DNA of 64,000 nucleotides from Sphyrna mokarran (taxonomy: Eukaryota), in the NCBI GenBank assembly GCA_024679065.1, contig JAGIQG010000001.1, positions 148,924,001 through 148,988,000 on the forward strand. Reading direction: 5' to 3'. The position numbers and the translations under genes were made by a program. Shown here one piece after another: positions 1-13,633 of the stretch. How positions within the stretch are numbered: position 1 is the first letter of the stretch; every line of letters begins with the position of its first letter. The notes below the pieces were generated by a model. It did not search any database. It was not told where the DNA came from and was given only the letters and a program-made list of their open reading frames with translations.

Positions 1-2580
1 AATCCAGCTCATTATGTAAGGGTAAACTTATTGGAGAAGAACAATGAATGTAAGCGTTTGCATTTTATTTTGAAAGCAGTACTTTTAAGGGTTCCCTGCA
101 GAATTCAGAAGGGTATCCCCCTTTGGTTTAATAAAAGTCAGGCAGACATGCCAATGACGACCGACAGGGATATTCCATTGGAGAATGTTGCATGTCAAGA
201 GTTGGTATTGAGTTGGACCTTTTCCAGGGCAATTTTTTTTTTAAGTAACTCAGTTTGTATTGAGACCTTTCTGTGTTCTTCTTAAAGGAATGCGTTGGCA
301 AGAAACAACCGCAGCGATAGAGAGCATGAGAGACAAAGATCATTGTTATGATCTTAAGCGTTGTTAGCCAACGTGTGCTGCTTTAGATTCAACTGAGTAA
401 AACCATTTCATGATACTATTCATGATAGAAACAGCTGCTACAGATTAAGTCAGTTGAAGTTAGTAACTTTACAGGTTGCTGGTTATATGTAATACTAACT
501 CTTTTCTCTTTGTTAATGGCTACTTTTCTGCCTGCATTCTGCTCAGTGCTAACTTATTCTACAGACAGTAAGCAGAATACTTCTGATTAATGGGCAATCA
601 TACCTTTTATTAAAAAATAAAGCAGAAGCTTATATGTGAAGAGTTTTTCTTGGTCGATATGTAATGAATGTGATTGTTTATACAGTTGCTGCCGATGATT
701 TCAAGGCCTCTTAAAATGTCAGCTGCAATCATCTCAACTTACTTACCTTTGCTATGTGGATAATTGAAAATACCCATGAGTATGAGAAAAAGACAAAAGA
801 AGAATTTTAGTACATTACCTCTGGAGATTATCTATGCAGAAGTTTTATTGTGATCTACAACAGGCAATGTGACTAAGTGTCATGTCAGCACACTTAAAGG
901 GGAGGGGGGGGGATGGAATTTGTTCATGTAGCACCATTTCGAACATTGGTTCCAAAGTGATTCTGCCCCCAGGGAATAGTAGTCTATTCAGCACTCTTAA
1001 GCTTGTTCTGTTATTCAGTTGAATAATGGCTAATTTGCCAGCTTTAATTCTAAATCCTTTGATATCCTGCATAAACATAATCTATATTGCAATTGTCCAT
1101 AGCTTTTTGGGGAGATGGGATGGGATGAGGTGAGGTCATGGTGGGGGTGGTAGGGGATGTATGGAATCATGGGGGGAGGGTGGTTGCCTGCAGGGATGTG
1201 AGAGGGCAGAGGATTCCAGCTTTCCACAGTGTTTTTGTGTGGAAAGAAAATGCTCCCGTTTGAATAGTTTGGCTATCATTTCAAGATTTTTTTCTTCATT
1301 TTCGTACCAATCGAAATATTTTCTCTGGGCTGAATTTTTGCTCCAATCTCGAATGCGAAGAGTTGGGAAAATTCCCAGGTGAAGTTTCTTGCGTGGCTGA
1401 GTTTTCACTGAGCGGTGGGGGTTAACTGGAATTGAGCCCTCTGCCCCCTGTGAAAGTGCAGAGGCAACCTCAGGGTGCTGCTGGGGGAGGGTGAGGGATG
1501 TGGTCTTGTTTAAATGGTCCATCTCAGTACTGTGGAGCTGAGTTATAATGTCTCAGTTATAATAAGAACAATAAGACCCTCTACCACTCACCTACACAAC
1601 AGCAACACACTCTCAATACCCTATTCACGATAACTCATGATACTTCATACCCCCATTGCCAGCTTATAACTCTCTTTTTCGACACACCATGTTCCCTCTT
1701 GTCAACTTGTATTCCTCTATCTACTCTCCCCATGGCCCCAGAGATACTCTGTGCTAATCTTTACACTATCTACCCACCCTGTCACCCTCATAGCCTCTAG
1801 ACGAAGGGTGTCTGACTTCCTGCCCACTCTACTGCGCAATTCGCCTAGAAACTCCCAGCTGCATAACTAATGAGCTCAGTGTCATATGAAGCAGTGGATT
1901 TACCCACCAGGCTCTGTGGGGAGAGTTCCACTGATTCCTGTCCTTACCACAGAATTTCGGCCCGGACTAGAAAATTTTAAGCTCAATATGTGTACGCATA
2001 TAAACGACCAACATCCATTATTTTCTGCTGTACACTTTGAGGGGGGTTGCAGACTAAGAGAGTGCATTCTGTACCATTATGAATTACAATAGCTTTGGAT
2101 GACAAGTGGTTGTGATTTAGAATCCCAAACTGTGTGTTAGTTATTACTGTGGTACTTTGTGTGGTTATTGGGGGAGGTGTGAATGATCTTTTATGCTCAG
2201 AATCACCTACAAAAGAAAATACAGTTATATTTTCTTGACTACAGAGCTGTGACTTGTTAAGTGCTCTCTGCCAAATGTTGTCTCTCGGGAAATGGGGCCT
2301 CCTTGTTGAGAATAGTATCAAAATGTGTATTATATTGTTCTGATTTTATATAAGAAAAGTTACTTTAATAATGATACCCAAAATGATTTGGAAAAACATT
2401 GCAATGGTTGGTGTACTGCCAAGAAAGACTAGCACTCTTAAATCATATTGCTTTTTAATCAGTGTTTTTTCTTGGGCTGTTACAGCTTTAATTTGTTCAA
2501 CGTGTGCCTAATTAATATGGTTATAAATAATGTGTTCATTTTATGCTTCCCATAAAGTTGGTAAGTTTTTATAAACAACA

Positions 2581-2908
2581 AGAGAGACACATTGCTGAAA
2601 CTTTTGTTCCACACTCATCAGGACAAACACAGGAATGCCAAGTTTTAAACAATCACAATAATTCATGGAAGAGAAGAAGGGTGCTGTTGGCCGACAATGA
2701 TTGGCAAGACATTGCCATGGATAAAGCAATGAGGAGGCGAGTCTTGTAGTTCCCCATTGTTTACTCCATGGCAATGCCTCAGCCATTCAGAGACGACCAG
2801 ACAGCATCCCTCTTCTCTTGTGTGAATCATTGTGATCGTTTAAAACTTGGCATTCTTGTGTTTGCCCTGATGAATATAAGACAGAAAGCTTTGGCAGCAT
2901 GCCTCTCT
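2581..2908. mobile_element. Long imperfect palindrome, probably a head-to-head Penelope-like terminal-repeat remnant with degenerate hammerhead motifs
   Basis: Arms ~2581-2735 and ~2751-2908 are reverse complements (e.g. gaatgccaagttttaaac / gtttaaaacttggcattc; cattgccatgga / tccatggcaatg). Each arm has CTGATGA followed by a GAAAGCTT-like motif. Confidence 0.7.
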
Positions 2909-3049
2909 TTTCAAGTTCCATATTACCAAATAACTTACTTCTTTTATTTTTGCACATAACATATGTAAGTACTTGAGCACAACGTTTCTATTACTTAGCA
3001 TGGTTTCTAGTTGATGGATAACATGGATTCAAGAAATAATCTACAGTTC

Positions 3050-3800
3050 TGAGATTTACCCCATTGATCCACGGGGAGGGGTGGGAGACCTGGGCTGGGC
3101 TAGGCTGAATTGTAACTCAGCAGGTTTGAAGGCAATGTGGGCATGAAAGATCTAGTGGGCATTGTGCCTGCACCCACTGCAATGAAAGGGAGCTGGTTGG
3201 CAGTCAGCTGTCCCTCCATCCCTCCCTCTATCCCATTGAGGCTCTTAAGTGGGTAATTAAAAACCACTTGAAGGTCTCATTCCACATTACTTCTAGTAAA
3301 TGTTTAGCGGGAGCAGGTCCATGCTGGTACATTGGTTTTCAGAAAGGGAATGTGGAGCGGGGTAGAGGTGTGGGGGCACCTTCTCCATCCATTGAAGACT
3401 ATTCTCCCTTTTACTGGCCTCTGGAACCAGGCTTTCCATCCCTCACCCCTCCCTTGCCCCCTTACTGGGGCCTCCCAGCGCTGACAGACATACGTCTTCA
3501 GTATGGTGGGACTGTCTGTAGTCCCAGAAGTGATGAACACTGGGTGGAGGTGACACATTGGGACTGCAAAATGGCTGGCCAGCTGATTGGCTGGCAGCTC
3601 TCTAAGGCAGGATTTCTTCCTATGAGAGAGGTAGTAGTCTTGCTCCAGCTGCTTAACACAGCTCTCAGCATCAAAAAGTTGTGTGTCAACCATTAGAATC
3701 ATAGGAGGGCTACCCTCGACTTCTTAGCGGGGTAACAGGGACTACAGCACCCCATTGCATTCAGTCCAATATGACTGTACTACAAACACTGATTTTAGAC
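3050..3800. mobile_element. Degenerate non-autonomous DNA transposon (Harbinger-like)
   Basis: GC-richer island with the semi-palindromic motif ttgaggctcttaagtgggtaattaaaaaccacttgaaggtctc; variants recur near 9720, 13210 and 36650. Confidence 0.4.
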
Positions 3801-4409
3801 CAGTATCACCTTAGAATGATACAGGGTCATCAGATTGAATTAACACTGTGTTACTCTTGACTGAATTATTAATTTTGGAGAGCTTCTAGCAGTGCTTTTG
3901 AATCCTATACTGTACATAAGTGGCTAATTGTTTGCAGATGGAGAACTTCACTTGCGGTTATTTGTGAGTTCATTAAATTCAAATGTCTGCAAGAAGTTAA
4001 CAACAGAAATTCCCTTTGATAATGCATTTTTTTAATTTTTAGAAGGTCCTTAGACTATTAGTTGTTTGATCTTCATATGGGTTGCAGTTATGTGCCGTTG
4101 TGTGATTATCTGTTGGAGATTGTCTGTCACTGCTTGGCCAGGTTGATTCTCATAACATTTCCAACATAACATTTTTGTCCATCTGACAATAAAATTGCTT
4201 CATATTGGTGTAAATTGTTCAGCGTATGGTCAAATGGGACTCCTTTCCAGTGTAGAGCCCCAGAGGTGGGAATACATCAGGTATCATCCCTGATGCCAAT
4301 CCACCAAATGTTCAGCCCCGCCCACATCTTTCCTTGCATCCAGCAGGAGCAGAAGATTCCAGCTTGGTGATCGGTTTTATGCCTCTAGTCACCTTGCATC
4401 TTGGCAAGC

Positions 4410-4720
4410 AGCTTTTGACATGCAGATCTTGACGTAGTACTCAAGATGCCATTTGATCCGAGTACTAAGAAGTTTGATCGCATCTATTCGACTGTTTTGG
4501 CTATGTAGTTTAACAACATGTTGGTTTTGTTGATTGCTCCTTTATTTATCAGAAATATAAAACTTTAAGTCTGTTAAAATTCCTTGTTCCCTTTCAACTT
4601 TATCCTTGGGTATTTTGATGCCTTTCATGGAGTACATGCATCACTCATTTCCTATTCTATTTGTATATTTTTACATTTCTCTACATTAAATTTCAGCTAT
4701 TGTTCTGTACTTATTTGGAT
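4410..4720 (-). mobile_element. Very old CR1 LINE fragment
   Basis: Weak antisense similarity to the CR1 RT C-terminal region (tttacatttctctacattaaatttcagc). Confidence 0.4.
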
Positions 4721-5905
4721 TCAAATGTAAAAAGACCATTGATTAGAAGTAGCCTGTTGTTGAGTAAACTCTGAGGACTTTGCATTTTCTCTTGCTGTTA
4801 GCTAAGCTATATTGGGAAACTACTTGCAGTTGCTCCTGCAATACAGACATTATTTCAGTGGAAATGCAACAGAAAGAAATGGGCAGTTCTTGAGAAATTT
4901 CATGACCATAAGTTTTTGAAAAGAATCTAGCAGCTGATGTAGTTCACACTACCACACTGCAGATCATGCTCTGATCAAGAAGATCCTTCTCTTTCATTCT
5001 ACGTTTCACTTTCCATCTATTAAATTTGAAAACAATGATATTTCCCGGGTTCTAAATTTGATACTTTGATCTGGAGTCTGAATGTTTGATTTTAGGGTTT
5101 AAAATATTTATAGCTGATTAGATTATGACACAACTTGTCAAAGTTAACTTTTCACAGGCTCTTCCAGTGACTGCTTCAGTTTGTAATAGAACATCACTTT
5201 GGAGAATCACAGCTCATTATTTCAGTTCATCAGGTATCAGTCTGTCATTTTAATTCAGCCTCACTTTAATTCTTATCAGTTCTGTCTGTGAGTTGTATCA
5301 TTTTCGTGGTGGTGATTTACGAAAAGATGTTGTATCTATGGTAATAATTGATGTGAGCCCCATATAAACTGTACGGATGTTTTGTCTGCATCCTTTATAA
5401 AAAAAATTTTTCAAATGTTTTTGCAAAAATACCAGCAAAAGCCCCACAGCACTGATTCTAGTGACACTAATTCTTGACACTTGTATGTGAAACAAGACTG
5501 TCACAGGAAAGGCTAATAGCAGGAAACGTATACAGAGTGCATGTTTAATTCAGTTGAAGTGTTGTGCAAAATTCACCATGAATGTGTTCATTTTAAACAT
5601 GTACTGATTGTTTTACTAGAAATCCAATGCTGATCTAAAACTAGCTCAAACTGGAGTATAAATTAGTGACATAAAATTCCAATTAACATGTGCCTGCTGT
5701 TTTCTGACTACGATGAAAGTTGGATTGGAGAGGAGTTTTCAATATTATTGGAGCCATTTTCAAGCTCATATGTTGAAAGGATATTGTTGGAAATTAGGAT
5801 TGCACCTGGACTATTAAGCCAGACAGTGATAGTGTTTACAGAAATCCCAGCTATGTGACAGATAACATACTGCTTTTGTATTTCAATCGTACTCTGGAAT
5901 ACTAT

Positions 5906-6148
5906 GGGCAAGATTTTCCAGCCCTCCCATGACGTGTTTTCTGGCTGCTGGCTCGGGCTTCAGAGGTGATGGTGCTCTGGAATCACTAGTGAAGCATAGG
6001 GACTGGGGAGATGTTGTCTGGAACCAATTGATCTGTGAAGATGGCAGGGGGGCGAGGGGGGGGGGTGGCCTGTTGATTATGCAAATGAATGGTCACAGAG
6101 TATCTAGTTGCCATCTCTGAATCAGAGGAGACCTGGGAAAATTTTCCA
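5906..6148. mobile_element. MITE (Harbinger-like)
   Basis: Imperfect terminal inverted repeats gggcaagattttcc ... gggaaaattttcc, resembling other MITE ends in the window. Confidence 0.4.
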
Positions 6149-6399
6149 CTCAGCAGCTCTCCAGGACTCTCACTGGAGCTAAAGTCTCAGAAATGCCCAC
6201 AGCAGCTAAAGGTCACAAACTCAGTCTGCATGGCAATGGTGCTCAAATAAACACGCACAATAAAGGGTGAGTTTGAATAGTGATTTTATTATTAATGAGA
6301 AACTCAATAATGGCAATCTTATGATAACGATTAGATTATTGCTCGTATATGCACAGCATGGCCAATCAATCTTTAAGCATAGGCTGAGCCACATATAAC

Positions 6400-6700
6400 A
6401 ACCTCTGACAGCACTTTCCAAACCTTCAACTTCTGCCATCTAGAATGGTAAGGGCAACAGATGCATGGAAACATCACTACCTACAAGCTTCCCTCTGAGC
6501 CATTTGCTGTCCAGACTTGGAACTACATTGCCATTCCTTTTCTGTCACTGGGTTAAAATCCTAGAACTCTCTCCCTGTGAATGTACCTACATTTCATGGA
6601 CTGCAGTCATTCACAAAAGCAGCCATTAGGGATAGTCAATTAGGGATAGTCAATAAAAATGTTGGCCTAACAGGTGATGCCTACATCCTGTGAAAATTTT
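6400..6700 (+). mobile_element. LINE 3' end (CR1/L2 group)
   Basis: Tail attagggatagtcaataaaaatgttggcc...gatgcctacatcctgtgaa recurs antisense at 12590, 19800 and 57545; includes a local 14-bp tandem duplication (attagggatagtca x2). Confidence 0.65.
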
Positions 6701-9164
6701 TTTAACTTCAGGTTAATTAAAGATTTCTAGGAAGGTTAATGGGTAGTGGAAGAATGCTCAGATTAAGTCAGTTTCATTTCAGTGTTGAGCACGCTGGATG
6801 GATTTTGGAAGTTCTTTATGATCCAAGCTAATAACTTTCAGTCTGTACATATCCCTTGCTCCTTTTACATTTCATAATCTCCTCTTAAAGTGTGAACTCC
6901 TGTGTCAGGAAAGGAAGCTGACAGCTGAGGTGTAAGATGTGAGAGGAGGTAGAGTGGGAGGGTTAAATTGGGATATGTGAGGTGCAGGAGAACTGAACAT
7001 GTGTGATACAATAGATTGGAAAATGTGAAGCGAGCGAGAGTGGAATGTATACATAGATACGGAATACGACCAGTAGGAAGAGAGATTATTTATGGTGTGT
7101 GGGAATAGAAGTATAATATGACCTGTTTAAGAAGTGATGGTTTGGCAATTCTGAGAGTGGAGGTGGAGGTGGAATGGAAGCTTCAAGGGAACTAGAATAG
7201 AACTTGTGTGAGGACAGCAATGTTTTCTCAAAGATGTGCATGTGCCTAGCTGTGCAGCAATCTGAACCATTGAAATAAACAGGTCTGTCACCACTTGGTG
7301 ACATTTTAGTGACTTTAAAATGCAAACTGCCCATGGACCAAACTGTGTGCTCAGAAGGTTATAGTCCACCTGATACAAAGAAATGTAGAAGGAATAATTG
7401 TCAAGTTGGTGGGATATAATTTTGAGTGACAGGAAGTTGTCAACTAGGATGGAAGGAAAGATGACCAACATTCAGGGGAGTCAGGGAGAGTGAGTTTCAG
7501 GAGTGTCTCACATTCAAGAAGTGAGAGAGCCTATGGTGAGTAAGACCTAAACTTTACCTGTACTTTTGTTGTCCCTGATCACACATGGAAATCGTATTCA
7601 CTGTTTTTAAAAAATCTATCTGTTTGAACCTCCTCATAAGAATCTTCCTCATATCTTAATCTGGAGAATAAAACCACATGGTTTTCTACTTGGACCCCTC
7701 CCACTGTCAAAATTGCTTTTTGGCCAATAATATATTCCAGTGCATTGGAGACAAAAGACGGTTGAAGATAGAGCAGTAACTTACAGTAAGTGGATAGAAA
7801 TTTTGATGAATGGAGTTGATGACGGTTTTAAAAGGGAGGGGGATCCATTTATATTATCAGTTTGTAAATAGTCAGGATGGAAAATTGGGTTATTACTGGT
7901 TCAATGGAAATGTTGAGATAACAGATCTTGTGGACAAAATAGGCTTAAAAAATAAAAAGGGATAATAGAACAAATAGGGATAGTAGAACAAATAGAGAAC
8001 AATGTTGGTTCAAGGCTTGGTTCAGGGATTCTGGAGAAGATCTAGCATAGTGAGGAAGGAGAAATGCAGCAGAGCTAGCTGGATGGTTTCAGTTTTTGTG
8101 ATAAAGAAGTCTATAAGATGCCCAAATTTATTTTTGGAGATAAGGGAAGAGGAGGTTGGTTTGGAGTGGAAAATGAAACTGAATGTTACATTTGCTTCCT
8201 AGGATGATATTGGAGTAATGGGTAGTTTTAGCAGAGGAGAGTGAGGCTCAATAACACTTGATGTATCTTAAGTAGATCAGATGATGAATGGTTAAATGTG
8301 TTGGGTGTTAGAAACATCCAAGTGTATACCTCTTTGACTTAAAGGAATAAAGATGGCGCTGTATTTAAGGAGAACGACTGGGATGAAAATCACTGACTAC
8401 TTTTTGGGTATGAGGGAGTTAATGGTTGAGCACAAAGAAATAGGTCTGCAAATTCATGGCTGCTAAGATGTTGTGGTGACACCCTGTAATCGCTTATCAT
8501 TCAAAAAAAATTACTTGGATGCGAGTTTTGTCAGGAAAATTATGGAAGGATTTGAGCTTAGAATGGGTAAGAAGTATGGGAAGTGCAGAATAGCCGCAAA
8601 TAGTTGGAGCTGGCCTTATCAAGAACATAGGGTTAGAAAGTCTCTATCCCTTAGACTTCACTTTCTGTCACTTGTGTAATTCTTGGATGCGAACAACTAA
8701 CTTGCAGCAAATATTTACTTACTTCAAGTGTTTATATCTATGAAAAGCCATTTACATTTGGCTTTAGTGAAAAGCAAACTGGAAATAAGAATTGAATAAG
8801 GCTTTAGGAGGTTGGAAACATCTTTTATAGAATAATGTGAGCTTAGCATAAATTTATTCTAACTGGTTTTCTGAGGAATGCAAGTCTGACAACAATGGTG
8901 CAATCTCAGAAACTGTCCACTGTTTGTAGCATTTGTTTTTCAGAATCTCAACATAACCACAAGTAGTACCATTCAGAGGTGCTTGTCACAAGTTCGAGAG
9001 ACCAGTGGTCCAACAAGTGAGTTTTGACATGTTATGTACCTCAGAGAATATCAGAGTCTTCACCAAATATAAATATTAAATATGCTTTAAATGGCCACTG
9101 AATAGAAACATGATCCCTTCCCGAGCACAGGAGCTTTGAAACCAAAGACAGTTCTGGTTATTGT

Positions 9165-9600
9165 CATACAAGATCCTGTGATCAACAAGAGGATACAGAG
9201 GAGATTTACACGGACGTTCCTGGAGCTGGAGGATTATAGCTATAGGAAAGGACAGGATAGGTTGGATTTGTTTTATTTGAAACGGAGGTGCATAAAATGA
9301 AGGGAATCCTTGAGAGAGTAGATGGGTAAAGCCTGTCTGTCTCAGTAGAGACATAATAACCACGAGCAAATATGTAAAGTAATTAGAAGGATTTGGTTGA
9401 ATCCTTTTCACCCCGAGGGTGGTGGAGGTGTAAAACTCACTGTGAAATGGTGATAGGGATAGAAACCCACAACACATTTAAAAAGTACATGAATGAGTGC
9501 TTGAAGTTCTATGACTCACAAGGCTACGGACCAAGAGTTTGGAGGAAGGATAAAACTGGATATCTCTTTCTCAGCTGGCACAGTAAAAGGCTACCTTCTG
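9165..9600 (+). mobile_element. Old CR1 LINE 3' fragment
   Basis: Decayed match to the CR1 ORF2 C-terminus (cagaggagatttacac, ttttcaccccgagggtggtggaggtgtaa, catttaaaaagtacatgaatgag). Confidence 0.65.
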
Positions 9601-9939
9601 TTACAGACTGATAAAGGAGATAATCCGCTACCTCACTGTCCTCCATCAGTCAGAGAAGTGAACATTGCCAGGCTGCACACTTGGCACTGGTCTGCACACA
9701 TCTCAGTGATGGCAGGAGGAGCCCCTTTAACAGGTCATTAGTTGGCCACTTAACGAGTTGCAAATGATCCTTGGGTAGGTGGGTCGGCCTTTCAAAGTTT
9801 CACCCTGCGATGGGTAACAATTGTAGCAGCAGCGGAGGCAGACAGGCAAAGGCTTGTTTTGTACTCATGGCATGGTGTTCAATTTTAGGAATATCACTAC
9901 ACAGTCCCTGGAAACTGTAAAATCCTGGCTCTTCATCCA

Positions 9940-11223
9940 GTTTGGACTGATTAGAAATAGTCAGCATGGTTTTGTCAAGGACAGGTCATGCCTTACGAGC
10001 CTAGTTGAGTTCTTCGAAAATTGACTGAACACATTGACAAAGGAAGGGCGGTGGACATAGTGTACATGGACTTTAGCAAGGCGTTTGATAAGGTCCCCCA
10101 TGCAAAACTTCTGGAGAAGGTGAGGGGGCATGGGATCCAAGGGGCTTTGGCCTCGTGGATCCAGAACTGGCTTGCCGGCAGAAGGCAGAGAGTGGTTATG
10201 GATCGGTCTTGTTCTGCATGGAGGTCGGTAACCAGTGGAGTGCCCCAGGGATCTGTTCTGGGACCCCTGCTGTTTGTCATTTTCATAAATGACCTGGATG
10301 AGTAAGTGGAGGGATGGGTTAGCAAGTTCGCCGACGATACAAAGATCGGTGGTGTTGTGGATGGTCTGGAGGGATGCCAAAAGTTGCAGCGGGACATAGA
10401 CAGGATGCAAGATTGGGCGGAGAAGTGGCAGATGGACTTCAACGCAGATAAATGTGTAGTGGTCCATTTTGGCAGGAATAATGGATGAAGGAGTACAATA
10501 TAAGGGGTAGGAGTCTTAGCTGTGTTGTAGAGCAGAAGGATCTCGGGGTCCGGGTCCATAGGACTCTTAAATCAGCCTCGCAGGTGGAGGAAGTGGTCAA
10601 GAAGGCGTACGGCGTACTGGCCTTCATTAATCGAGGAATAGAGTTTAGGAGTCAGGAGGTAATGATGCAGCTCTATAAGACGCTTGTCAGACCCCAGTTG
10701 GAGTATTGTGCGCAGTTCTGGTCGCCTCATTATAGGAAGGATGTAGAGGCTATTGAGAGAGTTCAGAGGAGATTTACAAGGATGCTGCCTGGATTGGGAG
10801 GCAGGCCTTATGAAGATAGGTTGAGGGAGCTGGGACTCTTCTCACTGGAGAGACGTAGGTTGAGAGGCGACCTGATAGAGGTTTATAAAATGTTGAGAGG
10901 AATGGATAGGGTGGACTCTCAGAGACTATTTCCCCGAGCTGAAATGGTCACTACGAGAGGACACAGATTTAAGGTGCAGGGAAGCAAATACAAAGGAGAT
11001 GTCAGGGGTAGGTTTTTCACTCAGAGGGTGGTGAGTGAATGGAACCGACTGCCGTCGGAGGTTGTTGAGGCAAACTCACTGGGGTCTTTTAAGAGACTTC
11101 TGGATGAGTATATGGAAAAGAATAGGATAGGGGGTTATAGATAGGTCTGTGGATTGGTAGATGTGATCGGCGCAACTCGTGGGCTGAAGGGCCTGTTTGT
11201 GCTGAATTGTTCTATGATATCTA
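9940..11223 (+). mobile_element. Young 5'-truncated CR1 (HER1-like) LINE; reverse transcriptase pseudogene
   Basis: Translates to [56 protein letters not shown] and FFTQRVV. One stop (10303-10305), one frameshift (~10485), ORF ends at 11144, then a CR1 tail ending ttctatg. Confidence 0.97.
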
Positions 11224-11228
11224 GCATG

Positions 11229-11550
11229 GGTGTGGTGGCACAGTGGCTGGCACTGATGCCTCATATTGCCTGGGAGCCGAGTTCAATTCCAGCCTCGGGT
11301 CACTGACTCTAGGGTTTGCACATTTTCCTGTGCCTGTGTGGGTTTCCTCTGGGTGCTCTGGTTTCCTCCCACAGTTTAGCGATGTGCGAGTTAAGTTGAT
11401 TGGCCATGGTAAACAGTCCCACAGTGTCAGGGGATTAGCAGGGTAGTTACCTGGGGTTGTGGGCATAGAGCCTGGGTGGGAATGTTATTGGTACAGACTC
11501 GATGTGCCAAATGACCTCCTTTTGCATCTTAGAGATTCTATGATTTTTCT
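11229..11550 (+). mobile_element. tRNA-derived V-SINE (HE1-like)
   Basis: A box tggcacagtgg, B box gagttcaattcc, V core tgtgtgggtttcctctgggtgctctggtttcctcccaca, CR1-type tail gattctatga. Confidence 0.9.
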
Positions 11551-12589
11551 AAGTTCTGTGCCAACATCAAAACCCCTCAGTACATTCTCTTTCGTGCTTT
11601 CTGGAGCACAAATCTATTCTTCTGGCCAACAAGGTGGTCCACCATCTGTTTCAGAATCTGTGCCTGATCAAAAACATTTTACTGGGGTGATAATACACAG
11701 CCCTGCTTTTTAAATGAAAACATTTCAAAACTTCACAAGATGGTAACAAAAAGAGTTAATGGAATTTATAAAAAAAAAAGGCTGATTAATTGGGTTTGGA
11801 AGTTTTTTGGAAAGAAGCAACTCACCAGTTTCCAAACCACAAGAAATCCTATGCACTCCTTCAGTCTCCCAGCAGGTAGTCAGCTCTTAGCCTCTTAAAA
11901 TGTTCAGAGCTAAAAGCCAACATAAATCTGCTAAGCACATTTGAAATGCTCTTGAAAATCTATATTCCTAATGGTGAGTACTGGGACTAAATAATGTTCC
12001 ACAAATTGTTTTTTATACCCCATTTGGAATATCAATAATGTTGTGCAGTGTGTTTGGTTGCCAGGCAGATCTTCCATGAAAAAGTCTGATACGTGAAGCA
12101 TGTGTCTCTCTGTCTGCCAATGAATCTCTAATGCCCATTGCATAAACTGCATAGCCCTCGTATCTGCCCAGGTCTATCTTGGTTCTGCAAAAGTGAAAGA
12201 AAACATTTCACTGGTCTTGCTGAGTTTGGGAACTTACTGAGTTACAGTTGGTAATTATGTTAGTTTTTTTACTCAACCGAAAGGACTCCAGAAATTCATA
12301 TTCATTTGTACAATAACTTTTGTTGCTATATTGATGTGCAGCTAATGGTAAAGCTTCAAAGGAAAACTCAGTGAATAAATAGATTAAAAAACAGATGTTA
12401 GAAACTGAGCTCAGTTCCCAAAGTATATTTCATTTAAATTTTCAGTAGCGTGGCAGTTAATTTAATGGCCATAATGACAAAGGAATACAGACACAATTTG
12501 ATAGCCAGTTCATCCATACAAATGACATTGCTGGCTAGATTGAGTGAACAGCCATGTCAAATGCTGTGCATTGAAACAGTAGCCAATCT

Positions 12590-12680
12590 TAATTTGTTCA
12601 GAGGGTGTGGGTATCGCTGGCTAGGCAAGCATTTATTGCCCATCCTTAATTGTCCTTGAATTGAGTGATTTGACAAGTCA
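12590..12680 (-). mobile_element. LINE 3' tail fragment (same family as 6400-6700)
   Basis: gcatttattgcccatccttaattgtccttga is antisense to that tail. Confidence 0.65.
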
Positions 12681-13487
12681 CACATTATTTTGTGATGAAT
12701 GCACAGAAAGCAGTAATTGTTACAGCCTAATACAGCCATTCTGAGGCATTCCACAAGTGACCTCGAAAAGTAGCTATGGGAATTGTAGAAGAAATTTAGA
12801 ATGACAAGCACAGGAAGTGTGGGGCTGAAAAATATCTGGGAGCAAATGGACATGTGTCTCTGATGTCTCCACATGTTTGAGACTCCCAAAAGCAAAAACA
12901 TTTTGAAACTTCCCTCAGGACATTCAAGTTATACTAAATTGTTTTCAGAGTGTCAAAATTTGTATCTTTTGCAACTAATATGCTAAAGTATAGATTTGTT
13001 GGGACTATAAAATATATTGTGATATATACCGGCTGGATCTTCCCAAAAATGCACAAAGTGTTTGCACAGATGACAATGTAAAGCTCGCAAACTGCACAGC
13101 TGGCCTTTCTTGCTATAGCACACTACAATTTCAAAGGGGAAATGAAGTTCCGACAGTCAGGTGGAGGGGCAGGGCCTAAGAAAGCTGGCAATATCGGGGA
13201 TCTTGAGAGGGCGCCTCAATAGCCGATTGAAATGAAAGGTCTCCTCGTGGACAGCAAATCCCCTTATGGACATAGGCAACCCCTCTCTGCACATGTCAAA
13301 GTGAAACTGTGCCCCTATTGGATAAAGGGTCCCCTGCAATGAAACTCCCAAGAGGATCACTTGGCAGTGTTGGGGGGCACTATCAGAGTTCCAGGAGACA
13401 AGTCTGGTCATGTTCCTCACCAACCAGAGGCTATACTTAACTGTGGGCCTCTGGTGTGATCATCTTGACTAGACTTTGTTTTTGAAA

Positions 13488-13580
13488 ACCAGCAGGAGTG
13501 TTGGGACTAGGGGATTTTCACAGTAACATCATTGCACTATTAATGTAAGCCTTCTTGTGACACTAATAAATAAGTTTTTA
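13488..13580 (+). mobile_element. SINE 3' tail fragment
   Basis: gactaggggattttcacagtaac...aatgtaagcc..cttgtgacactaataaataa matches the tails at ~34570-34643 and ~61575-61651. Confidence 0.8.
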
Positions 13581-13633
13581 AAAAATTTAATGTTCACTGG
13601 TGTGACATCACTTTGCCTGGGTGGAAAGCTAGG

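Noticed and set aside
1108-1200. G-quadruplex-forming tract
   Set aside because: G runs are irregular and lie in what looks like decayed repeat; nothing supports function.
7558-7660. Minus-strand exon with good splice sites
   Set aside because: Stops occur in all through-reading frames, and it lies in a purine-biased region that looks like decayed LINE.
10021-11144. Functional reverse transcriptase, retron or defence system
   Set aside because: It is a 5'-truncated, disrupted CR1 ORF2 with a typical CR1 tail, in a vertebrate context.
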